DNA of 32,000 nucleotides from Pseudomonas phage vB_PaeS_PAJD-1: sequence record MW835180.1. The stretch is one strand, 5' to 3'. Within the stretch, counting starts at the first letter, position 1. Each line of letters opens with the position of its first letter. A program made the position numbers and the translations under genes. The notes under the pieces are model-generated. The model worked only from the letters and a program-made list of their open reading frames with translations, ran no database searches and was not told where the DNA came from. This document shows, one piece after another, positions 24,691 through 31,808 of the stretch.

Positions 24691-26091
24691 TTACTCCTTG
24701 TCGTTACTGTAAGAAATGACCTCTTCGAGGCCGTTGATGTCAAACGCGGTGCGTCTCATGTAGCACGGACCGCACGTCCCGCAATGCTGCTCGCCCGCAC
24801 GGTAGCAGCTCCAGGTCTTGTCGAGCGGTGCGCCAATGCGGTGCCCCAGCGCCACGATCTCATGCTTCATCAGGTTGCCCACAGGCATCATGACTCGCAT
24901 GCGCTTTCCATCGCCGACTGCGAAAGGCAGCAGGTCGTTGAACTTGGCAATGAACTCGGGTTCGTTGTCAGGATACGCACCAGCTTCCTCGAGGTTGTTA
25001 CCGAGGACGATAGTGTCGAATCCGTTCGCTTCCGCGTAGGCAGTAGCCACACTGAGCAGCAGAAGGTTCCGCGCAGGCACCCATTCGTGAGCGAATTCGG
25101 CGCCTTCCTCCCCGCCAGCGATCTTGCTGTCAGCTTGCAGCAGCGGGGAGTCGCTTGGCTTATACACGGGGAGCGGGAACACGGTGCAGGGCACGCCCAG
25201 CGCGTCAGCGGCAGCTTGCACAGCAATCACCTCGGGACCTTCCGCGCGGCTACCGTAGCAGAAGTGAATGAGCTCGGTCTCGACCCCGATGACCTTCTTG
25301 ACGTAAGTGGCAGCGACCACACTGTCCAGTCCGCCGCTACACACGACGAGCGCCTTGGAACGAGCGCCCACGTCGTACAGGGACTCACCGCGGATCTCAA
25401 GATGATCGCTGAAGTAGAAACTCATGACCGAATACGGATCGACCATGCGCGGAGTCATGTTGTCGGGAAAGTAGTGGCGCGCGCTTGCAAAGAAGACGCC
25501 GACTTCGGTCACGACGAACCAGATTGGGCGGTAGTTTGCTGCCACCAGCAGATGATTCTTCTGCTCGCTATGGGTCGCCAGGATCGCATAGCTACCCTTG
25601 AGTTTCTTCACACCTTCTATGAAGTGCAGAGCGGTCCGGTACGCATTGGAACCGTCACAGCGGTTGGCGTCCAGGACTTCCGCGATCGCCGCGCTGTCGA
25701 TGCGGGTGGGCACCTTGCCAGTGCGCAGCGCCTTGTCGTTTGCGATGGTGCCGTTATGCACGATAGACCAGTGCCCCGCGCTGTAAGGCTGCTGATCGTC
25801 CTGCGACTTGTCGGCGACGTATTCAGTCGTCGGTTCAGCGCGAAGGTTGCTGATGAAGGTAGCGGACGACACGTCGCCCTTGAAGAACTCGACAGGCGTC
25901 CAGTCCTTCGCGTCCTTGCGGTCGGTGCTCTTCTCGATAACGATGTCGTCACCGTAGTTCGTCAGGAAGCCCCGACCGTCGCGACCGCGTTCATGGCTGT
26001 GTGCCACAATATGATTCAGCAGGCTGTTGGCCTGTGACCGTGCTTCAGGTGTGGTCAAGCCCCACACCAAGGCGCCAATGATTGCGCACAT
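24691..26091 (-). CDS. gat-queC: Gat-QueC: class II glutamine amidotransferase fused to QueC-like PP-loop domain
   Basis: N-term MCAIIGALVWG (nucleophile Cys2), HERGRDGRG, ISNLRAEPT, HNGTIAND; C-term ALVVCSGGLDSVVAA (PP-loop) and CYRAGEQHCGTCGPCYMRRTAF (Zn ligands). Confidence 0.92.
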   Translation of the reverse strand: MCAIIGALVWGLTTPEARSQANSLLNHIVAHSHERGRDGRGFLTNYGDDIVIEKSTDRKDAKDWTPVEFFKGDVSSATFISNLRAEPTTEYVADKSQDDQQPYSAGHWSIVHNGTIANDKALRTGKVPTRIDSAAIAEVLDANRCDGSNAYRTALHFIEGVKKLKGSYAILATHSEQKNHLLVAANYRPIWFVVTEVGVFFASARHYFPDNMTPRMVDPYSVMSFYFSDHLEIRGESLYDVGARSKALVVCSGGLDSVVAATYVKKVIGVETELIHFCYGSRAEGPEVIAVQAAADALGVPCTVFPLPVYKPSDSPLLQADSKIAGGEEGAEFAHEWVPARNLLLLSVATAYAEANGFDTIVLGNNLEEAGAYPDNEPEFIAKFNDLLPFAVGDGKRMRVMMPVGNLMKHEIVALGHRIGAPLDKTWSCYRAGEQHCGTCGPCYMRRTAFDINGLEEVISYSNDKE

Positions 26092-26094
26092 AGC

Positions 26095-26802
26095 TCACTC
26101 CATGTTGATGATCTTGTGGATCTGTAGTTGAAGGATGTAACCGAATTTCATGCAGGAGTCGATGGCCGCTTGCAGGTTGAGGCGGTTGAGCTCTTCATCT
26201 TTGGAGTCCATCGGTTGCAGGTAAATCGGACGCGCCCAGTTCTTGGGCGGACGGGCGACATACGGGCTTGCCCGATGCTCCAGAGCACGCAAGGGCAGAC
26301 CGTCATCCTCATGGATGCTGTCATGTGCGATCACGTATTTGAAGCAGCAGGCAACGTCGTTGATGCGAGGATGCACCTTGCCCGCCTTGGGGCTGCACAC
26401 CACATAGACGCCCGTTCGAATGTCGGGCATGGTGCTGTAAGGGTACTCGACAGGTTCGAGCGTACCGTTAGTCTCGATCTGGACGTAGAAGCCCGCGTCG
26501 GTCAGCACGTTCAGGAGTCGGGTGATGTCTTGGCGGAACGGTTCGCCGCCGGTGATGACCACAAGGCCGCTCGACTGGTATTCATGCACCTTGTCGAGGA
26601 TCTCTTGGGCGCTTGCAGCGCGCCGGCCTTGGGTGTAGTCGGTGTCGCATGCGGGGCATTGGAGATTGCACCCTGCGAGTCGGACGAATACGGAAGGAGT
26701 TCCGCAGAAAGGGCCTTCGCCCTGGATGGTGTGAAAGATGCTGTGTAGGGACAGCAGGCCGTCAGCGCTTTTTGTGCGCTTCTCGATGGGTTGTAAGTTC
26801 AT
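26095..26802 (-). CDS. queE: 7-carboxy-7-deazaguanine synthase (radical SAM)
   Basis: FHTIQGEGPFCGTPSVFVRLAGCNLQCPACDTDYTQG (CxxxCxxC), VVITGGEPF, VQIETNGT, VVCSPKAGKV; GGAGG SD. Confidence 0.92.
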   Translation of the reverse strand: MNLQPIEKRTKSADGLLSLHSIFHTIQGEGPFCGTPSVFVRLAGCNLQCPACDTDYTQGRRAASAQEILDKVHEYQSSGLVVITGGEPFRQDITRLLNVLTDAGFYVQIETNGTLEPVEYPYSTMPDIRTGVYVVCSPKAGKVHPRINDVACCFKYVIAHDSIHEDDGLPLRALEHRASPYVARPPKNWARPIYLQPMDSKDEELNRLNLQAAIDSCMKFGYILQLQIHKIINME

Positions 26803-26821
26803 GGAACCTCCGGGGTAGATA

Positions 26822-26875
26822 GCAAAGGGGCATCTCTGCCCCTTTGCAGGTTTCCCGCTGGGCGGATGCCCAGGG
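26822..26875 (-). promoter_or_regulatory. Tandem hairpins in the queE leader
   Basis: GCAAAGGGGCA-tctc-TGCCCCTTTGC (26822-26847, perfect 11-bp stem) and CCgCTGGGC-ggat-GCCCAGGG (26855-26875). Confidence 0.6.
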
Positions 26876-26892
26876 CGCTTTATTGTAGCAGG

Positions 26893-27417
26893 TTAGGCCT
26901 GCTCGGCGCCAGCGGAGGTCGTTTCGGCCTTCGGGGACTCGATACGGCCGGTGATGCCGTGGAACTTGCGCCAGCGGGCGTATTCGGCACGGACGTTGGC
27001 TTCGTTCAGACCGTCGGCCTTGGCCAGTTCCATGGACTCGCCGATGGACGCGGGAGCGCCGTTCTTCTGCGACACGCTGTCGAAGATGCCCCAGGCCTTG
27101 CCACAGAGGGTGTCGGGCTTCGGACGGCGGATACCGTTCTGCTCCGGCATGCGGTTGGCTTCGCGGGCAGCCTTGGCGTCGGCCTTGGCCTGTTCCTTCG
27201 CAGCCTTCTCGGCAGCCTTCTTGGCCTCGCGGTCGGCTTTTTCCTGAGCCTTCTGCGCTTCCTTGGCAGCCTTCTTCTCGGCAGCTTCGGCTTCGCGCTT
27301 GGCCTTGGCTTCAGCCTTCTCGGCATCCTTGCGAGCCTTCTCGGCAGCTTTTTCGTCAGCCTTGCGCTGGGCTTCGGCCTGCTCGGCAGCGATCTGTTCG
27401 GCGGTCTTCTCGGTCAT
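26893..27417 (-). CDS. Lys/Ala/Glu-rich coiled-coil protein with C-terminal 'NGIRRP...WRKFHGITGR' domain (putative DNA-binding)
   Basis: MTEKTAEQIAAEQAEAQRKADEKAAEKARKDAEKAEAKAKREAEAAEKKAAKEAQ...; ATG 27417 with GGAG SD. Confidence 0.7.
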   Translation of the reverse strand: MTEKTAEQIAAEQAEAQRKADEKAAEKARKDAEKAEAKAKREAEAAEKKAAKEAQKAQEKADREAKKAAEKAAKEQAKADAKAAREANRMPEQNGIRRPKPDTLCGKAWGIFDSVSQKNGAPASIGESMELAKADGLNEANVRAEYARWRKFHGITGRIESPKAETTSAGAEQA

Positions 27418-27513
27418 GGTCTTTCTCCAGTGAAAGTGAATAAAGTCCGTTGATGGACGGGATTGCAATGTAACACTCCGGGAGCATGAGTGCAAGCGGG
27501 CAAATCGGATATC

Positions 27514-28194
27514 TTACGTGATCCGCGCTTTCTGCCAGTTGCCCAACTCATTGGAGCTACTGGTGCGCTTCACCCCATCCTGCTCCAAAGCGTTCATGAT
27601 ATCCTTGCGCAGCGCCAGGACTGTGCTCTTTTCGGTCGGTTTTCCAGCTTCCTCCCACATACGGTCAGCGACTGCCCAGATCTTCTCGCGCACACCGCTG
27701 GCCCTTGGGGCACCAGTTGCAGCGCGCGGGGCAGCAGCGGGCCGCGCAGGCCGCGCAGGCCGCGCAGCACTGCTGGCCGGTACGGTAGCACCGGCACGCA
27801 CAGCGTCGCCCGTAGCGTCGGCAAACAACTCCGCAGGGCGGGAAGCGCGGAACGAACCCTTCACATACTTGTAGGCCTTCTTATCACCGTCCCGAATACT
27901 ATCCGCCTGACGCTTGACCTCAAGCTCATCCAGATCCGTAACAGGGAACTCCTCCGCAAACTGAAGGATCTTGGACTTCATCTCGCTGACAGACATGTGG
28001 TCAGCTTGCCCAGGAAAGCACGACCGAAAGAGCATCTTGATCTCCAGGTCAGTCTTGTGCTTGACCGTCATGTCAATTGGGCACACATTCACAGCGACGT
28101 CGGGGAGTTCAATATGAACCAGGCCGCACACCGCATTCACGGACGAATGCTTATGGACGATCCTCATGTTCTGCATGTCGAGACTAACGTACAT
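27514..28194 (-). CDS. Hypothetical protein; Ala/Pro linker and C-terminal domain related to the neighbouring paralogs
   Basis: 226 aa, AGGTG SD; C-term GVREKIWAVADRMWEEAGKPTEKSTVLALRKDIMNALEQDGVKRTSSSNELGNWQKARIT. Confidence 0.7.
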   Translation of the reverse strand: MYVSLDMQNMRIVHKHSSVNAVCGLVHIELPDVAVNVCPIDMTVKHKTDLEIKMLFRSCFPGQADHMSVSEMKSKILQFAEEFPVTDLDELEVKRQADSIRDGDKKAYKYVKGSFRASRPAELFADATGDAVRAGATVPASSAARPARPARPAAAPRAATGAPRASGVREKIWAVADRMWEEAGKPTEKSTVLALRKDIMNALEQDGVKRTSSSNELGNWQKARIT

Positions 28195-28357
28195 CTTTCA
28201 CCTCACATTTGAAGGGCGCCCCTCCGTGCATGTATGCCGCAAGCGGCTGTCGGCATTCTGCCTTGTGCTTGAAGCGCTCAGCGGTAGCGAACACCTCGGA
28301 GAAGATCAGATAGAGCACAAGGATAATGGCTGCAAGCACTAACAGAAACCGAATCAT
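28184..28357 (-). CDS. Small membrane protein, hypothetical
   Basis: MIRFLLVLAAIILVLYLIFSEVFATAERFKHKAECRQPLAAYMHGGAPFKCEVKDVR; ATG 28357 with GGAGG SD. Confidence 0.6.
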   Translation of the reverse strand: MIRFLLVLAAIILVLYLIFSEVFATAERFKHKAECRQPLAAYMHGGAPFKCEVKDVR

Positions 28358-28369
28358 GACATGCCTCCG

Positions 28370-28387
28370 GAGGGGCTTTCGCCCCTC
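28370..28387 (-). other. GAAA tetraloop hairpin immediately upstream of the SD of the small membrane protein gene
   Basis: Minus strand GAGGGGC GAAA GCCCCTC then CGGAGG; 7-bp perfect stem. Confidence 0.65.
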
Positions 28388-28397
28388 GTTGCTGTTA

Positions 28398-28928
28398 TCA
28401 CTGACGGCCGCGGATGCCGTTGAACTTGCGCCACTGGTAAAACTCGATGGACGCATTGTTCGGATTCCAGCCGCGTTCTTCAGCCAGCGCCTTCACCTGC
28501 TTGGCGGTGGGCTGGGTGCCCGCTGCCACCATGTCGTCCAGTGCATCCCACACAGCGCGGCACTGACCGCCCACGGAGGGCTTCTTGATGCCGTTGCGCT
28601 CTTCGCGTGCCTTCTCAATCTTGAGGCCGCTGCTGGTGCGCTTGGCAGCGGCGGGAGCGCTGCGCTCCTCTTCCTTCTTCTCGTTGGCACCGATCATCTG
28701 TTGAACCAGCGTCGCCAAACCACTCGGGGCGCTGACAGGTGCTTCTTCCTGCACTTCCTCGGTGACCACAGCTTCCGGCGCAGCTTCTTCCGCACCCTTG
28801 GCCTCTGTGTAGTGCGCTTCCAGCGCGGCACGCATGCCGTCATTGTTCATCTTACCGTAGTTCTTGATCCCGGCTTCCTTGCAAGCCTGACGGAGTTCCA
28901 CTTTGCCCATTTCGTTGAAGTTGATCAT
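28398..28928 (-). CDS. Putative DNA-binding protein: N-terminal SAP/HeH-like helix-extended-helix motif, C-terminal 'NGIKKP...WRKFNGIRGR' domain
   Basis: MINFNEMGKVELRQACKEAGIKNYGKMNNDGMRAALEAHY... and RNGIKKPSVGGQCRAVWDALDDM...GWNPNNASIEFYQWRKFNGIRGRQ; AGGAG SD. Confidence 0.7.
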   Translation of the reverse strand: MINFNEMGKVELRQACKEAGIKNYGKMNNDGMRAALEAHYTEAKGAEEAAPEAVVTEEVQEEAPVSAPSGLATLVQQMIGANEKKEEERSAPAAAKRTSSGLKIEKAREERNGIKKPSVGGQCRAVWDALDDMVAAGTQPTAKQVKALAEERGWNPNNASIEFYQWRKFNGIRGRQ

Positions 28929-28994
28929 TTTAAGCTCCTAGAGGTTGATGGTCTTGCGACCGTTGTTTGATGCACCGCTGCATCCATGAATCGT

Positions 28995-29022
28995 ACTATA
29001 GACGAACTGGACAAAGATGCAA
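28995..29022 (-). promoter_or_regulatory. Putative sigma70 promoter for the DNA-binding/queuosine-type gene block
   Basis: Minus strand TTGCAT (29022-29017) - 16 nt - TATAGT (29000-28995). Confidence 0.4.
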
Positions 29023-29040
29023 GCCCTTTTTCAGGCTTGC
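29019..29040 (-). terminator. Hairpin after the helicase gene
   Basis: GCAAGCC-(8 nt)-GGCTTGC, both strands; flanking T-rich sequence; partially overlaps the -35 of the putative promoter. Confidence 0.45.
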
Positions 29041-29075
29041 CCGTAAAAAGATTTTTATCGGCATCCAAAAATCGA

Positions 29076-30851
29076 TTAGAACGGAATATCATCGTCCAGA
29101 TCCGCATAGCTGGTCGGTTCGCTTGCACGTTGATTCTCAAGCGGTGCGCTGTGGTGCGTCTGCACGCTGGGGCCTTCGTCACCGTCACTTGCTTCCTGAG
29201 TGCCGAACGCGGTGCCATCAAAGCACGTCGCAAGGATTTCCGGATACTTCTTGTTGATCCAGACTCTCAAGTGCGTGGGCGTGCGTACCCTGTCAGCACG
29301 CTCCAGCGCTTCCGCTGTAGTGCTGGGCATTGGTTCGTCACTACGGGCACGCCACCAGTCGCGCGCCTTCTTGCCCGCATAGTTCGTATGCTCGACACAG
29401 ACGAACTCTTCGAACATCCGATACCCGCAATAGTAGGTTGCCTTCATCATTGGAGGCCTGCCGTCCTTCTTGTGCTCGATATAGGTGATGTGATCCACCT
29501 TGAACACTTCAACGACGGGCATGTCACCCTTGATCAGCTCCGCGGTGCTGGCGCCCTGCTTCAGCTTGGTCTGGAACTTGAATTCGTATGTGCAGTTCGA
29601 ACCGTCAGGCATCAGGCCATTGCACCAGCGCAGGCTGGCATGAACCCACGTTCGGCAGCACGGGCATTCCTTGACAGGCGCATCACCGCCTTTCTCACCC
29701 TTGCGTCGAGGAACGACGGGGTCATTGATCGGCCCGAGCCTGCGCGTGTTGTTCGCAAAGTCGAGCACCAGGCAATTCTCCTTCCCTGTCCAAGGGCTTG
29801 GGCGCGTACCACGGCCAAGCATCTGCACCCATAGCACAGCTGACGCGGTAGGCCTCAGACAGAGGATCAGGTCAATGGCTGGGAAGTCGAAACCTGTGGT
29901 CAGCACGTTGTTATTCACTGCCGCGCGGTACTTCCCAGCCTTGAAGTCCCTGATCGCATTGTCGCGTTCCTTGTCACCCATCTTGGAGTGAATCGCGACA
30001 GTCGGGATCCCCATGTCGTTCATGATCTCAGCGGTGTGGATAGCATGTTCCACACCGGCCGCGAACACCAGCCAGTGATTCCTGTTCCAGCCTAGCTCGA
30101 GTGCTTCCTTGACCGCTGCGACAGTGATATCCATCTTATCGACAGCGGTCTGCAACTCGCTGGCAATGAATTCACCGCCGCGCATATGAACGCCATCCAC
30201 GTCCAGCTTCGTGACTGTGCTCTTGGGCACCAGCGGGGCAAGGTAGCCTTCAGCGATCAAGCGGTTGAACGCTTCGATGCCAGTGATGTCAAAGCAGATG
30301 TCAGTGAAGAGGCCTGGAACTTCTTCACCTTTGTCGTTCTTCACAGGGTCGGTCAGCTTCCCGTGCCCAAGCCTCCACGGGGTAGCAGTCAAACCGATCA
30401 CCTTCAAGTTCGGGTTGATGCTCATCAGGCCCGACAGGAACGTCTGGTACATCGTCGCTTCACTTGGACTTACGAGGTGCGCTTCGTCAATGATGACAAG
30501 ATCTACATGGCCAAACATGGCCCACTTCTTGGCGACCGAACCGATACCAGCGAAGGTGATGGGCGCATGCACGTCCCGTCTGTTCAAGCCTGCGCTATAC
30601 ACACCAGCGGGCGCGAACGCCCACAAGCCCATCAGCTTCTCATAGTTCTGTTGAATCAGTTCCTTGACGTGAGTAAGGATCATCACCCGCTGATTCGGAT
30701 AATACTTGAACACCGATTCCAGGAACATCGCGATCACGACGCTCTTACCCGTACCCGTGGGCATAGCGACAACAGGGTTCCCCGTGTTGTTCCCGAAGTA
30801 AGTATAGATCGCGCTGACCGCTTCGACCTGATAGCTTCGAGCTTGGATCAT
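29076..30851 (-). CDS. SF2 DEAD/DEAH-type DNA helicase
   Basis: 591 aa: VVAMPTGTGKSVVIAMFL (Walker A), LVIIDEAHLV (DEAH), GLTATPWR, FAAGVEHA, NNNVLTTGFDFPAIDLILCLRPTAS, QMLGRGTRP; Cys cluster CPCC...RWCNG; C-term DLDDDIPF. Confidence 0.92.
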   Translation of the reverse strand: MIQARSYQVEAVSAIYTYFGNNTGNPVVAMPTGTGKSVVIAMFLESVFKYYPNQRVMILTHVKELIQQNYEKLMGLWAFAPAGVYSAGLNRRDVHAPITFAGIGSVAKKWAMFGHVDLVIIDEAHLVSPSEATMYQTFLSGLMSINPNLKVIGLTATPWRLGHGKLTDPVKNDKGEEVPGLFTDICFDITGIEAFNRLIAEGYLAPLVPKSTVTKLDVDGVHMRGGEFIASELQTAVDKMDITVAAVKEALELGWNRNHWLVFAAGVEHAIHTAEIMNDMGIPTVAIHSKMGDKERDNAIRDFKAGKYRAAVNNNVLTTGFDFPAIDLILCLRPTASAVLWVQMLGRGTRPSPWTGKENCLVLDFANNTRRLGPINDPVVPRRKGEKGGDAPVKECPCCRTWVHASLRWCNGLMPDGSNCTYEFKFQTKLKQGASTAELIKGDMPVVEVFKVDHITYIEHKKDGRPPMMKATYYCGYRMFEEFVCVEHTNYAGKKARDWWRARSDEPMPSTTAEALERADRVRTPTHLRVWINKKYPEILATCFDGTAFGTQEASDGDEGPSVQTHHSAPLENQRASEPTSYADLDDDIPF

Positions 30852-31780
30852 CCGAACACCTTCCGCGGAACGTATTCTTCACAGCCTACGAGCTGCACCT
30901 CTTTAGAAATCACTTCGTTCGCACCTTCGCCTATAGGCTGGATCGGTCTGTTGCAAATCCACTTGGCGCCTTCGACGGGTTCGCTGTAGGCGCACGTCCG
31001 GCAGTTCTTATCCGGAGCAGCCTTGAGGTGGCAGACAGGCCTGTGGTCACACCATCTGCACTTGAAGAATCCAGGCGACTCGTTCAGCTTGTTCGGGGGC
31101 TCAGCCATCCAGACAATCTTCTCGCCCCGGTCAAGGAATTGGTCCGCCACAGCGCTATCGAGCGGAATGATCTCCCCGTAGAGCTCATCATTGTTCTTAT
31201 TCACTGCAAGGTACAGCGCAACAGCCAGGCCCATCTTGCGCATATACACGTTCATCTGAACGTAGTGCTCGAACTTGGCGTCACGCACACCCTTGGCCTT
31301 CAGCTCGGTGAAGGACTTGTCGTTGTGAGTCTTGAACTCGGTCAGCGCAGCAGTGCCCGGAGGCAGGTCTGGGATCCCCACAGCGACACCGTCTCCGCTC
31401 CCGCCGAAATGCCCTTCCGCGTGCGAGATGCGGAACTGGTTCCCGTTCTCATCTTGCTGGTAGATCTCGCAACCGATCATCAGCAGCATCGCGATGAAAC
31501 GTGCTTCCTCCAGGTGTCCGCGATTGAACAAGCGCAGCAGACGGCCCTCGAAGTTCGATTTCGTTGCCCAGCGGAAGTTATACCAGATCGCGCGAGCACA
31601 TTCCCCGCCAATGAGCGATGCGCCCATGTGGGAGCGGTGCCCGTCGTTTCCTGGACGGTATGCGTCACCGATATGCCCGATCACCTTGCCGAGCCATTCA
31701 CGGAAGGCAGACCCTTGATCCGCCTTCACCATTGCGTCAATCTTTGCGACAGTGTGCGTCGCGAGAATTACATTAGGCAT
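30848..31780 (-). CDS. PD-(D/E)XK nuclease, Cas4/RecB-like, with putative Fe-S Cys cluster
   Basis: N-term ECARAIWYNFRW; core GVAVGIPDLPPGTAALTEFKT ... YVQMNVYMRKMGL; C-term CRWCDHRPVCHLKAAPDKNCRTC; ATG 31780 with GGAGG SD; ATGA overlap with the helicase. Confidence 0.75.
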   Translation of the reverse strand: MPNVILATHTVAKIDAMVKADQGSAFREWLGKVIGHIGDAYRPGNDGHRSHMGASLIGGECARAIWYNFRWATKSNFEGRLLRLFNRGHLEEARFIAMLLMIGCEIYQQDENGNQFRISHAEGHFGGSGDGVAVGIPDLPPGTAALTEFKTHNDKSFTELKAKGVRDAKFEHYVQMNVYMRKMGLAVALYLAVNKNNDELYGEIIPLDSAVADQFLDRGEKIVWMAEPPNKLNESPGFFKCRWCDHRPVCHLKAAPDKNCRTCAYSEPVEGAKWICNRPIQPIGEGANEVISKEVQLVGCEEYVPRKVFG

Positions 31781-31808
31781 CACGCCTCCTTATATGACTC
31801 AGAGGGCT

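Noticed and set aside
24670-26037. 455-aa plus-strand ORF opposite gat-queC
   Set aside because: Antisense to a protein with complete catalytic motifs; His/Val/Arg-rich shadow composition.
28925-29233. 102-aa minus-strand ORF overlapping the helicase 3' end
   Set aside because: Out-of-frame overlap with the conserved helicase tail; basic low-complexity start and covers the intergenic hairpin/promoter.
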